From Raillietiella orientalis (lineage: Eukaryota), in NCBI GenBank assembly GCA_036172245.1, contig JAYWIR010000001.1, forward strand, positions 5,580,001 through 5,644,000: DNA of 64,000 nucleotides. Reading direction: 5' to 3'. Below, in pieces: positions 24,581 to 37,589 of this stretch. Position numbers and translations under genes: made by a program. The notes under the pieces were generated by a model that saw nothing but the letters and a program-made list of their open reading frames with translations, was not told the DNA's origin and ran no database searches. Within the stretch, counting starts at the first letter, position 1. Each line of letters begins with the position of its first letter.

Positions 24581-25139
24581 GAGTACATGAATTATGTATG
24601 AGTAATGTACACATTGCTACGAATAGGATTCAGACATGATGGCGAAGTGATGATTACCTAACAGATGGCGTGTTAATCTTAACTCTGAGGTTCACAAGAA
24701 GGGTTCCCGTCAGTCTCACTGCGAGCCGCGCCTTCTACCAAGGCGTCGGTGCTGCGTTTCTTTTCGGGTGTGTGGCTGAAGCGAATTCGCCTGCTTCGAG
24801 TGCGTTTACTCCGGTTTCCGCCTCGGCGGCTTCCGGTCCGAAATCGGAAGCTTTCCTTCCTTCCCGTTTTCCTTCTGACCGTGGCGCGGATTCTCACTCG
24901 AAGACACGGCCTTCACAACGAACTTCATCCCTTCTTCTCTTCCCTCTTCTTCCTCTTCTCCTTTTGCCGCGAAACCGACACGAACAACGGCTGGCTGATT
25001 ATGCAGCTGCCAGCAGCCGAGGTGAGAGCTCAAAAAGAAAAATTCATCCTGCCGCTGGCAGATCGCGAACCTGCAGAGCAGTTCCTGTCCTTTGGCGCCG
25101 CTTCAGCGGCTCCGGTAGCTCGAATGGCAGAAGGGAAAA

Positions 25140-25161
25140 AAGAGAGAGAGAGAGAGAGAGA
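25140..25161. repeat. (GA)n microsatellite
   Basis: Sequence agagagagagagagagagaga, read directly. Confidence 0.9.
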
Positions 25162-25299
25162 CAAAGAAGAAAAAAAAAAAATGGACGGAGATGAAAGTCT
25201 TAAGGGTACCTATTTTTTTGATAGCGTGACTCTGGATGCGTGTCCGGATCAGTTTCACAGCAGGCTGGAAAAAATTGCGGAAGAGGTGAATTGAAGCGT

Positions 25300-26150
25300 A
25301 ACCGGCTGGTCCTTTGAAAGCCTCTATTTGCAAATGGAGACGTTCGGAAGCACGGCGTGCTCCAGGACGTTCGGAGGGCGAGTGCGTAAAGAGAAGTTGG
25401 AGGGAAGAAGGGCGGGGGGAGAGGAAAAGGAGGAGGTGGAGGAACACGCGGAGCTGCCGTGAACGCTTCGGGAAGAGCTCCCGCACGGGGGGGGGGGCGG
25501 CCCGCAAGCGCAAAGCTCGTACGAAAACCCCGATATGCTTTGCCGAAACGAGCTGGGGAGCCCCGAGGAGCTGGGTCGAAACGACGAGCCCTTCCCGAAC
25601 GCCCAAATTTTGCTCTCGGGATGCGGGGCAGGATCGGTCCGGTCGATCCTGTCCGCAAACCGACAACAGTTCTGGCTGCGGTGGCGCGGGTCCTGACTTC
25701 TGCCTTCCGACCTCGGATTTCGTAGGACCTTTCCTGACTCATCGGCGTCTCAGGGAGGAAAGAGGGGGACGATTTCATTCCACCTTCGGAAATTTTCTCC
25801 TCGCAACGTTCCTGCAAGCGGCTGGGAAAGAAAATACGTGGCGAGGTGCAGGGAATCGGGGGTGAAAGCAGCCTTTGTTGCGTAGTCATGGCAACGGGCG
25901 GTTCGCGGGAGTAGCGAGGCTGCTGGATCGGGCATCGCAAGGAGCGAAGAGACCTGAGCAGTAAAAAAGCCACCCGTAAACCCGGGGATACTCGGAAACC
26001 ATCAAAGAGCATGCCCTCCGGAAGCGAAACGCACGGACGCTGGCAGCGTGCGCGCACAGACGCGGCGGACCCTCAGAAACTCCATTCGGTAAAGTTTCCG
26101 ATGCAATTCGGAAAGTTTCGTCTTCCCCGAAGAATCCCGTGATGCAACTT
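25300..26150 (-). repeat. Probable family B body fragment
   Basis: Composition and patchy similarity to 10330-10600 and to the reverse complement of 17150-17400. Confidence 0.3.
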
Positions 26151-26489
26151 ACGCCGCATTCGTGTTCGGGTGGGGAGGAACCTCCCATCCATTTAGAAGG
26201 AAATCAATCCATGAAGCTGGAAACTCAAAAAACATTCTGTCTATAGGGTCTCACGAGATTGCAAAAAAAAAAAAAAAAAAAAGAAAACAGGCGGAGCTAA
26301 ACTTTTTATTCATTTTTTTTTTAAAAAAAAAACACAGAGAAAATACGTCACGTTTTTTCTTCTTCCCTCCCTCCCCCTTCTTCTTGCACAGATTCTTCTT
26401 AGAACTCATATTTAAAAGAAAAGAAAAAAATGTGAACGATTGTATGAGCCTGGGAACACCACGCTGCATCGGCAAGGAGGACAATTAAA

Positions 26490-27150
26490 AGCAAGGGATC
26501 TGCCGCCCACATGGCGGCATGCAGAACACTGTTGTTTCACACTTTGAGGATGTGCCGATGGACTTTTCGATGGGCTTTCCTCGTTTCTATAGCGCTCCGC
26601 GGAATTCCGTTTCTTCTTCTACATCGGACTTCCATAAAAGACCACAGAAGATGTTGCAAGGGAAGCAGCACAAAAAGAAATCTTCGGCGGTAGCCACGGG
26701 AGCCCCATCTTTTACGTCAGATTCCCGATTCCAGCGGAAGCAAAGAACAAGCACACCACGGCACGCCTGGCTTATCGCTATGAAAAATCACGACATGCCA
26801 TTAAAGATTAGAATGCGTTCGGGGTGCCGCTGTTTTCTCTGGTTCCCCGCTGGATGTCGCGAATCGCCGCCGCACTCACATCGAGGAGCGACCCATAGCG
26901 AGTCGATCACCTGATCGCGGCGCAACGGGAGAAAACTCCTCCTCCTCTCGCGGAGATGGTACGCGTCCTCACAGAAGCGCGCGGATGCACTGAAGAAATG
27001 CGACCCGGCGTGACGCGCCGAGACACGTCGGCCTGCGAAGAGCAGGTGGGAAGCCAGGAAGCCCTGGATCGGCCACTGCCGCGACACGGTGCATTCTGGA
27101 CTGGAAGGAGGGCATGCACGTTGGATGATGTTTCCTCTCAGAAGCATTGC
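26490..27150 (-). mobile_element. Decayed LINE APE endonuclease fragment
   Basis: Minus frame 'SQACRGVLVLCFRWNRESDVKDG...FPCNIFCG...EETEFRGAL' parallels APE 'S.GV.IL...D..GR...NIYAP....FF..L'. Confidence 0.45.
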
Positions 27151-28994
27151 TGAGAGGTTCTCGGCACAGGTCGGCCTTCGCTTTGCTCCTCCGTTTCGCT
27201 ATTTCAAAGTCGAAGATCATAATGAATACGTGAGTGCCCGTTTCTTCGGATGCAGAGCATCGCAAGGACGCAGTGCCTTGCACGAAAGGATTAGAAGTTT
27301 CTAAATATTTCAGATAAGAACGTGTCTACGGAAGCTGGGAGGGTAGTTTACGGGTAGTTCCTGAAGTTTATGAGGACACAGACAAGTGTGAGGATCCTTA
27401 ATTGACAAACGAATTGACTGAGCGGCTCGAATATGCAGCGGTACTCAAGTACCTTCCACGGTGCGTTTGCGCTGGAGAAAACGGCGAGGGTACACGAAGG
27501 AAGACGGCCAGAGGGTGCCCTCAGGGAGGCGGGAGAAATCCCAAATGAACCGTCAACATTTTAGCCGCGCATTCTCGGTAGTCGGTGGCAGCTGAATGCA
27601 GCGGACTCGTCTCCGCCTAGGGGAGTTCGGTCTCGGATGTCCAGGGCGACACGCAGGGGAACTTGGTCCCCCGGCGTGCGGTCGGACGCTTGCACGGCGC
27701 TGTTCGTGCCTTTCGATCCCGTCCCGAGCAGGCGGGAAAAGGCACCCACGGACATGCGCCTCTCACTCTGCACGCAACGCTGCCCACCCTCCGGACGGCG
27801 ACCGCTGTTCGAGCCCTGTTCTAAAAACCAAAATCCTGACCGCAGTGGTCCCAGCCTCTAGCATCCCGCGACGCATTGAAGGTCGCGAGAATCATCTGGC
27901 AAGGAAGATTCGCGCGCATCCGTTTGGCTGCCGTGCACTCGCAGATCCCTAGTTATCACTGGACTTTCTGGCGCCTCCAGCCATTGTCGTTCCGTGGATG
28001 CAACTCCCTTAGCGATGTGTGCACCTCTCCCCCTTCAGATCCAGCATATATGTGCTCGTACGTTCTTTTCCGCGAGAAAATGGGAATCCCGTGCATTTTT
28101 CTTCTTTTTTTTTCTTTGGTCCTTTCGACAACCTCCCTGATAGTCCAGCTGGACAGATCTCCCTAAGCAAACACTTCAGAGGCAGCTGACTGGTTTATCC
28201 ACGTACATTTGCATTATGCAAAGTGCTCTTCAACAAGTCTGATTCGGTTACCTTCAGCAGCCCCACTCCGACGAGCAAGCGGCGGGGCGCCGGACCTGCA
28301 AGCACGCTCTTCCGGAGGACGGGCGCCCGTAGAGGAAACCATGGCGAGACCAGGGCGTCCATTGGTCGGAACGCGCGGTCTTACGCGGTGCCCGCGTAGC
28401 CAGGCGGGGGCTTCCCTCAGCGTCCCGCCCCGCCGGCGGTTCCGCTCCTTGCACGAGCGGGGAACGGCACAAGACATGGGAGCGCCAAGCCTCGAGTCCT
28501 CTTCCTCCCCTCAGAAGACGAGGATGCGGTTCAAGGGGCAGCCGCCGAGCGGGTGCCGAACCCGCACGGGAGGGAGAAAGACGCGCCCCTTGGAAGACGT
28601 CCCCGACGCCTTTCGCGGGAACGCCCTTACCCGACGGGAGACCCAAACGATCGCATCCCGCGAGATGAGGGAAAGGGGCCTCGCACGTAACGCTGCGAGA
28701 GAGCAGGCTGACTCTCAGCCCACGTCCTCAATCATCCCTTCCTTTCTTCAGTAGCTACCTGCAGTTTTTTGTTCCTTTATTTGATTACCAAAGCCACGGA
28801 AGCACAAGATGGCGACGGGGGAGCCATGCCCCTCCCTAATTAAACGGTGCATGATTTATATTTTGGAGGCTGCAGGCTACACTGGATGTTAAATAATCTT
28901 TTCGAGATTAATCCCGCTGCTGCAGCTCAAATGTATCCCTCGCTGCTGAGGAACAAATCTTCATTTGCGTACACATCAACGTTATCGTTCAGAG

Positions 28995-29850
28995 AAAAAT
29001 GGCGGTCTTAGAGGGACCGGTTGCCAGGACGCTGGCTCATCCCAACCTGCTTCCGGTGTAGCAAGAGGGAAGATCACCTTCTCGGCTGACCGCGCTGCGT
29101 CCGTTGCGATCTCCGCAGCATCCCCTCGCATGCTTTCGCTCCTGCGCTGCGACAGATGTCCTCCGAGGTGCGAGCTAAGGCGGCAGGGGCGACGGGCGAC
29201 TTCCCCCGTGCAAGCCTGCGGTGGACGCCCTGAGCGGTCCGGGATCCTTCCCGGACGTACGGGGATTTCCCTTGCTCCCAGCCCGCAGGCGGTCGCATCG
29301 TGGAGCGGACCCGCGGAACTGTTTGCATGTGTTCCGAGTCCCTTAGCTTCCTGCAGCCGATGACCTATTAAATTGACTTTCGCATCTTGAAACGAATGCG
29401 AACAAAACCTTGGCACTTGGAGCGGCGAAGCTGCCCATCTCCTTTCCTCCTACCAGACCTTCAGCACTCGAGATCCGCCGTCGGCCGTCGAAGTGGCGCA
29501 GACCAAACCCGAGAGCAGAGAACTCAACGGGATTTCGCCCGCGAGTCTTCGCAGGCCGCGAGGTCACCCAGAGGAAGGCCTCGGAGGCGGAGGGTCGACG
29601 ACGTGCTGCAGGCGACCTCCCCTTGTAAGTCACCGGACCGCCGGGCTCCGACGTCAAAAACTCGCACGCGTCCCCTCTGGGCAGCGAAACCAGCTGCCCG
29701 AGCACCAACCACACCCATTACAGAGAGAACGTCTGCACCAAGTTGCTCCAGTTGGTATGTGAACCTGCAGCTACTGCAGATCCGCTCGACGGATCCAGAA
29801 GGAGTGTCCGCCAAGACGACTCGGATCCGGACTTAGGTCGAGAAGAAGGT
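28995..29850 (-). mobile_element. Decayed Tx1-like ORF1
   Basis: 'LEQLGADVLSV' and 'GPVTYKGRSP/ACSTSS' (resembling V.Y.GQP..C); 29005-29090 is a direct repeat of 30598-30683. Confidence 0.5.
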
Positions 29851-29959
29851 TCTTTCGGCAGTTTTCTCATTGGTGCTGCACGAAGATGCAACAATAAAAT
29901 GCCCGATGGAATTTTTTCTCCCTTTTTTTCTTCGCCAGATAGGCAGAGTCAGCTGTTCG

Positions 29960-31230
29960 CAACTACCAACTCTCCTCTACCTGCGCTGGAGAACGGATCG
30001 TTTCTGGAGCGGACTTGACTGTTTGCCGAGGTGACAAGGAGACTTCAGAACTCCTCCGGCATGCCGTTGTTGCGACCGCCCGTCTCGCGTTCCTCTGAGC
30101 GAGTTCTGGGCTCGCCAAGAAACACCAATCGAAACTGGAACCCCGCGTTATCTTGTGGAGCACGCAATTCCTCCCTTTGGCAAGTGAACGTGAGATGGCG
30201 GAGACTGAAAAACTGCCCTCCGGCTACCGACGGGACGAGCGCAGCTATGGACCGGGCTGCTTATTCGCACATGTTCACTTAGGTACACCAACGGCCTTGT
30301 CTCACGGGCAGTCTTCGCCTCCCTCCCCCACTGCCACTGGACACTCCACAGCGCTGACCCGTCTCGGAGCTAGGATTCCGATCCCTTTCGCGCGAGCACG
30401 ACGTCCTCTTTCAGCATGTTCCCCGTCTGCGGCCGCACGCCGCGCACCAGCGTGACGACCTGACGGAACCTGCTAGAGAGAGGCACCCCTATTTTTCCTC
30501 ATGACGATAGCGCTCCCCTGTGTTCAGAGGGTAGGTGGGAGTAGTGGGAGAAGGCGATCCGGCTTAACTTTGCAAGCGAAGAATCCAGGGACTGAGGCTT
30601 TAGCTGGGCCGGTTGCCACGATGCCGGCTCCTCCGAATCTGCTCCCGGTGCCGCAGGGGGAGAGATCACCTTCTTGGCTAACCACAAGACTGGAACTTCC
30701 GAACCGCCGCAAGAGCATCAAAGTGGATGCACTTTGATGCTCTTGCAGAACCTCTGCTCGAACTCTCCTGGGTTGTGAGAATACCGTGCGGTCTTGCCTT
30801 CGTGCACACGAAACTGTTTCGGAAATAAGTAGATAAATGGAAAACTAAACAGATTCGACTCTGGACTCTGCTGTCAAAATAGATAAGTAAACAAATACAT
30901 CTGCCAGCAAAAGGTTCGGCAGTCGCAAGTGCCAAGGAGCCGAAAGCGTTTGGAAAGAGGAGACGGCAGTGAAGCTTCGACGGTGACCCACCAGCCGCAC
31001 CTTTTTGAAAAGCGGATGGCTCTGCTTCCTCATGCGCACCTCAATGAGTTCCTTGGCATTGGGGGGCCTACTAGTCGACAACAATCCGGATGTCCACGTC
31101 CCTCACGCAGATGGTCCAACAACCTCCCCTAAATCAGGCTGATGCTGGCACTCTTGTAGCGCGGTCTCCTCCATCGAACCCTTCCGACCATCCGCCGTGC
31201 TCAGGGCGATATACTGGAGCATGAGAAAGT
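29960..31230 (-). mobile_element. Decayed LINE: ORF1 remnant followed by endonuclease start
   Basis: 'LGEVV...WTSGLLSTSR...IEVRMRK' (ORF1); 'PTLNTGE' near 30520; 'ARAKGIGILAP' near 30380 (APE GV.IL motif). Confidence 0.5.
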
Positions 31231-31639
31231 GAAGGTATCTCCTCCAATGCTTGGTAGTCCGGACTGGAGTTTGCAACGATCGAATTCGTCATCATTGGAA
31301 TGCGCAACGATTCAATTTACGAGAAGCGAAAAACACCTTGTTCTGGAAAAACGAAGTTGCACGCTTTCTTTGGAAGCGCGTGAAGATTTTCACACGCACG
31401 TACACGTGCCAGCGAACCTGCAACCACGGCACACATGATGGCACCGAGGCGTGATTTTCCATGCACTTTCCAATCTCGAAGAGCCCTACGGCGACGAAGA
31501 ACAACATTCTTCCGTGAAATCTCTGCATATACGGTTGCTGGGGAAAAAGCGGAAGCGTCGAAGATCGCGGGCTGCTTGGCCACCATCGCGGGCGAAGACG
31601 CGCGCTCTTGTCTTCCCTCTTTGTTGCGATGATTCAGTC

Positions 31640-32230
31640 CTCCGAGGAGCTGCTGCTGCCCCAAAGGAGAGGAAGTTCCACTTGCGTGTCAGAATTCAAG
31701 CGGGGAGCACGTTCGGACAGAGGAGCAGAACTCTGGGTGGATGAGACTGAAACGGGAGCGGTGTGACGGCGGTCTGCCCAAGCCGCTTCATATCGAAAAT
31801 CGAGACAGCTATGGCTGTCGTCCACGGTTGCAGTCGCTGTTCCTGCCTTAGAGGGGAGGACAATGGGGACCGCCGGACTTTTTCCAGGCTCTTCTTCTGA
31901 GGAAGAAAATGTCGAAGAGACGTGAGCGCGTTTTCCCGGAGGGGACTGGTCACGCAAACCCACCGGTCGTGCTGCGCTCGCTGAGGTCGCCTGTTTTTGT
32001 CACGGGGGGTGAGAGGCATTTCGAAGAAAAAACAAGATGAGCAGATCGTGGCCAAACGTTTCGGGGAGGGGGTGCATTTTCGGATCAGAAGTCGATTACT
32101 TCTCATGCCGCCATCTCCAGAGGACGCTGCGTGCTCCGCCTCTCGCTTGCAAATTCGAGTGTTCGCCGGGAGAGGCAGCCCGGTCAGATGGAAAGCGCTG
32201 TTGCCCGTTCCCTCACCGAACAGCTGAGGG
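31640..32230 (-). mobile_element. Decayed LINE RT N-terminal fragment
   Basis: 'PIVLPSKAG' and 'PWTTAIAVSIFDMKRL' (resembling LIPK.G ... WRPI.L.N.D.KIL). Confidence 0.45.
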
Positions 32231-32899
32231 CGAAACGGAGAAAACAAACAAACAAACAAACAATCGAAAGAACTCTTGTGGTGTAAAGGGTGCAAAAAGG
32301 TTGTCCGACCCCGACTTTGGAAACCGGAGCTTCAACTCCGGCAGTGCGTGCTTCCCAGCACGCGGGGGAACCCTTCAGGGCATTGCGATCCTCCCCTTAC
32401 TGCAGCTACTGCGTTTCATAAGCGACAAGGAGGCTTTCATAATGTAAACAAACGAGTGACGTAATTTTCTTATTTGCGTTCCTCCAGTCGCTTACCGCGA
32501 GAGGAGGGAGAAACAGATTTGCGGTATCCATGGTTACGTGTGCGATTCGTAATCGTTTCATTATCCTGCTCCGTTCAGCTATTTCGGGGTACCTGCTTAC
32601 CCGAAGCCCGTCCTGCTCTCTTTCGTTCCTTAGTCCCCCCTTCTTTCGCTCCGAAGCTTCCCGCTGGTCACTAATCGTCAATCGATCACCAATGCGTCAC
32701 AAGCATTGGTTGGGGGTTTATACGTGTGCACTGCGAACACGTCATCGTGTACGCTTTCATCCGCTCGTGTCCGAATGTCATCCGCGATGAATAATTAAAA
32801 AACCACCCGTGCGGATCCGGGGGACCCCGGGAGAAAAATCGATCCCGCGGGGTGTCTTCTCTTGTGCAGCAGCAGCAGCAAGGAGCGGACACGATCTTG

Positions 32900-33975
32900 T
32901 CTTATGTGTTTGCACAGGGTCCGCTACTGCACAGAGGCAGCGGGATCGCAAGGGTGAAGCAGACAAGGAGCTCTGCGTCCCTGCAGGAGTCGGCGGCAGC
33001 ACGGCGGAAACGGGCAATCCGCAGCGCCACGGGTGATGACGATCTTCCCGAAGGTGGTTGACTAGCGGTCGGGCGAAGCGAGTTGGAAAAGGATGGGGGA
33101 GGATGGACGAGGGCAGACTCTCTCGTACAGCGCCTTTCCCCGCTCGCTGGCTGCCCCGCCGCCGCGTCCGGGCTTTCGACTTACCTAAGCACATGCCGCA
33201 GAGGTGCTTGAGAGAGGAGGAGGTTCGCTTCGTGACGGCCATCTTTAGTGACTCGTGAGCAACTTTCGGTGAACCCATCGCATCCGCATCCCGCTAGAGG
33301 CGCGCGCTTCCCGGGGCGAGCCCCGAGCGTTTGGAGTCGTCGCCCAAGTTCCACATTGAGGATGCAGCAGTCACAACTGGAACAAGAGATTCAAGTTGGG
33401 AGGCGGAAGGAGGGGGGAGGGGAGCGAAGATCTTGATTTTCTGTCGAGAACGAAAGTCGGAGGAAAAGGAGGAGGAGGAGGAGGAGGAGGAGAGAGAGAA
33501 AACAGGCCGGATGCGGAAGGGACGGCAGGAATGATCCGATGACAAATCGGAAGAAATTCGGAACGAACGCGCGGCAAATAAGAGCGGGGAGAGATGACCC
33601 CACGCGCTGGCAGCGGAGGTTTCCCCCGCGCAGTCGCCCGCTGGACGGCGTCCCGAGCCTGCAAGGAGGTGGGGGGTTTCCCGACGCCGACCAGGCTCCG
33701 CGACCTACGATCTTCCCAAGCTTCCGGGAGGCGCAGGTCAGCTGAGAAAAGTTGGCACACGCGGTCGCCTCGTTCCCAATCCTGTCGGAATGGCAGGGCT
33801 GCCAGAAAATGAAGAGTCGATGGATCTACCTTCGAGCCGGAAGACACTGCCCCCCCGGGAAGTTGTCACTTTCCTGGCCACACAAGGAACCCGTTCGAAA
33901 AACCAACCGCGATCCGGCGTCCTGGGAAGTTCCATCGCTTCTTCCACGACTGGAAGCAGCCGGAACGACCGTTCC
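32900..33975 (+). repeat. GC-rich repeat related to 19900-20560; contains (GGA)n at 33465-33492
   Basis: Patchy similarity to the reverse complement of 20300-20540. Confidence 0.3.
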
Positions 33976-33989
33976 TAATTAAGTCAGGT

Positions 33990-34260
33990 GGCCAAAACAA
34001 CGCACATCTTCCGTGGAGTTCAACGAGACGAGCTGCTGCCAGTCGCGTGGAGTCTGCTTGCATGAGGAGCACACTTAAGGGGAACGGGCTCTTTCGCGAT
34101 CCCCTTCGCCGGGACCCCGGGAGCAAGGAACAGGGGTCTTGGGCAAAGGTGCTGCCAATGCGAAAGAAGCGCTCTGCAGCTGCCGTTGCACAAAGGGACG
34201 GCAAACCGTTCGGAAAGGTTTTCTTTATTTGACTACTTTTGAACGGCTTAAGCCCCCGAA
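33990..34260 (-). mobile_element. Short LINE RT fragment
   Basis: 'RRGSRKSPFPLSVLL' resembles RRGVRQGCPLSPLL. Confidence 0.4.
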
Positions 34261-34880
34261 CCTGTTTCTTACCAGACCGGCATGATCTCGACGGAATGAC
34301 CCTCCGAAGGAACAGGAATTAAATCAGCTGACTCCTTACCGATGTTTCCGGCATTCCTTTTTGCGGGCTTCTCGAAACGAAAGGAAAAAAAGAGGGAGAG
34401 GGGGGGTCATCAAAATGCAGCAGAAGGGATCATTTTTTCTTTTCCTTCTCGCTGTTCCTGCTCCGGAGGGGAGAAGGAGAATTTAATCAGAATGCTTAAT
34501 GGAGCACAAAACGTCCCGAATGATGGAAACGAATTTTGGAGGTCGAAGGACGCTTAAAGCACCGGGAAAGTTGAAAACGGACTGCCACGAGATGCCGGAG
34601 CCTTCCGATAGCCGTCCGCAGGCACCCTTTACGTCCGTTTCCGTTTCCTGCGTGGCCCCATTGTTGCGAAAGGCAAACGCATCTTGCGCTTCGGAAGGGA
34701 AATGGCGCTCGCATTTTTCCCTGCGCCTCTTCGTTCCTTTCGGTCACACGACGTGTGACCACCCTGCCGATTGATTTTTTAGCACACCGTCATTTCAAAA
34801 AAGCAAATTTTAGAAAACTGACACATTTGTAAACGCACCCAAAAAATTTGAATCACATATTTACGCGCACACACACGTAC

Positions 34881-34959
34881 GCACGTAAGTATGTGCGCAA
34901 CAACCAACCACAGCAACAACGGAGAAGAACTTATGAGTGAAGAATTGGAATTTTACCAT
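34881..34959 (-). CDS. Candidate first coding (signal peptide) exon of the beat gene
   Basis: ATG at 34959 gives MVKFQFFTHKFFSVVAVVGCCAHTYV plus 1 nt, followed by GTACGT. That is a phase-1 donor, compatible with the phase-1 acceptor at 3749. It lies in an AT-rich island with no recognisable repeat. There is no transcript support. Confidence 0.25.
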
Positions 34960-35379
34960 TCTTGCGTTTCAATTATGTCTCCATTAAATGGTTAAAGAAA
35001 TCTATTTAATGACTGGAATGTCTTTTACTCCTGGGGGAAGTTGCCACTTTCCTGGCCACACACGTCTCGCGCTTGCAGGGCGGAGCGTCACACTGCACGG
35101 TAGTTTTGCCGAGGTGCGATCGGAACACAAATCAAAACACCTGCGCCAAGCATCTGAACTGTCCTGCTGGGCGACCTCTTCTTCCTCGAGCCCTAGGGCA
35201 TGCCGGGTAGCAACCGTGCACCTAACGCGACAGTGCTCCCTGCCGTGGATGCAACTCCGCGAAGACGGGATCGCCGACTGACTTTTCTGGACAGGTATAA
35301 AAATCGCGCATAATGAGAGTACTCTACATAAAATAGAAAGACGTCTTTCTTTTCGTTTTCACGGTTCGCTCGGCACGCT

Positions 35380-37310
35380 CGCGCATGCGCCGCCGCCCCG
35401 GCAGCGGCGAGTCCCTGGAGCTCGAAGGTACCTTCCACGTGCTCTGAGGAGCCCGGACGGCGCGCGGTTCCCTCCGACCGCGAGCTGCGGCAGTTCCCCA
35501 GGTGCCCAGGTACGTCCCCATCGGTTCCGACGGCGAGCGGGGTGGCCGGAGATGCAGAGAGGCTGCGGGAAGTGGTCGCTCCCGACGTCGACCGGCCTGC
35601 CCTCGGGCGTTTCCTCGGCGGGTCTTCGTCGCCCGACCGACATTCGCCCAAAACCTTCTGGAGGGGCATGTGAGAGGCATGCTGCGACCAGCTGCCTTGG
35701 GCCCCCCTCGGGGACGGCGTGAACGTTCTGCAGCAGATTTGCCCGTTGTGAAGAGCATGCCGGCGGTCCAAGAGCGAGACCAGAAGACAGTTCCTTTCGG
35801 TGCCGCTGTCATCTGGCTGATCCTTCGAAGCTGAAATCCAGCGTGGCGGTCAGGGTCATGAGCATGACTCGACCTCAGGTTACGGCGCACTCATCAGAGT
35901 CCATGAGAGGTGTTGTTAGGGGTTGGCCTGGATGCAGCCGTTCGCTAAAGGTTCGCTTCTTTGCTTTCTGAGAAGGAGGGGCTGGAATCTGAGGTTGATG
36001 GTGAGAAGCCGACATCGTTCCTGCAAACCCCGGGAGACAGAAGTGGTAGGAAAAACAGGCAGCTGGAAATGTTTCCAGGTGGCTCCTTACCCCACATCCT
36101 TACTTTCACGTGCCCACAGGTGCGTCCTTCGTGCTCCACTACACTCTGGTGCCCATGCTCATCGGTGCACCTCGCGCAGTGCTCCGATGGTTTCCCTGGG
36201 TCGGTCCACCTGCCGGGTGTGCCTCCTAGTCAGCCCTCGGGGTTCTCCGGATAATTCACGGGGAACCCCGAGAGTCCCCACCGAAGGGAATGCGAAAGGT
36301 GCTCCAATGGAATGGGACGCAGGTGTTCCACCTGCGTTCTTTTCGATTTCCGTGAGAGCTCTGAGGTGTTTCCGTGAGGCCCAGCCCAGGACTTGGGGAC
36401 TCTCGGCAGGCGTCGTGATCGCGGTGGAATCGCTGAACCTTCGCGCCAGCATCATGGACCGCCGTGCTTAGCTGATACGAGACCGAGGCGTTTCGTCACA
36501 GCACCGGGGGCAAAGTGACGGTGACTGTTGATGCCATTGTTGATCGTGATGACGCATATGTGCGCGTCTCGCACGTGCGCACGCTTGCAAGTGCGTGCGT
36601 GCGTGATTTGCAAGTGCCCCAACACCACGGAATCAAAAAAATCCTTTCCCACCCGCACGCAGACGATGGCGCCGTCCGTCTCGCCAGCGATGGACATCGA
36701 GGGGAATTTCCTGGAGCTTTGAGGGCGTCTCGTCTCCGCGAGCCAGTCGTGGTCTGTTCCGATGGCGCACGTGCGAAGGAGGTTGAGGGTCGACGTGGGC
36801 AGCACAGGAAGGACGGGCCGCCAAGCGAGCGAAGAGCGAAGCGCCGTCCTTCGGAGGGCGAGACAGGAGCAAGCGCTCCCAGAGATCCCATTTCCGCGAA
36901 GGACAGACCGGAAGGGAGAACCTGCCGGCTGCTCTCCAACGCGATGCGCTGATGAAAAAGGGAGAAGCAGCAAGAAAAAGGCTGTCCAGGATAGCTCGTG
37001 GGTTCCGCGAGCTGAAGAGATGAATGGACGTCCAGGGAAGCTGCTCGTGTGCCGATAGGCGTGACTGCACGCGGGTCGGGACCCACTGTTTTTCGGAGAG
37101 GGACTTTCAAAGCATGGATCCGACCACCACCCGGTCTTCCTCGCTGCTGGATAGCCGAAGACTGGGCACCGGAAACAACAAACATTCGACATTTCTAGCT
37201 TCAAGAGGGAGACACGGTGACGACGGAAAATTTCTTGAAAAAATGAACACAAGCCAGGGAGGAGCGGCATCTCCTGAATGCAAGAGGTGCCAAAAAAAAA
37301 AAAAAGTTCA
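35380..37310 (+). mobile_element. Decayed LINE 5' half: ORF1 plus APE endonuclease
   Basis: 'LPHILTF' and 'STCRVCL' (ORF1); 'VIAVESLNLRASIMDRRA' (resembling I.SLNVRG) near 36415; 'LREPVVVCSD' (resembling the II.GDFN region). Confidence 0.55.
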
Positions 37311-37589
37311 TAGGGAATGACCACCCAGGCACGCAGGCCGGATTCCCAAAAACTAGGGAACGAAGGGGGGGGGGGCAATAATTAAATACAAAAAGACGGA
37401 GGGTTGGGGACAGGTATCTTTGGTCGAATCCGTTCCTTTCCTTCCAAAATCGGATCTGGACGGTGAAAATCTCCCTGGCAACTTCTTCTGGCAGATGAAG
37501 TCACCTTGCTGCTGTCCTCATGAGGGCTGCTGCCATGCTCGCGGTATCTCTTCGCCGCGAACCTGACTCCTGAACACACAGCGGACTGT

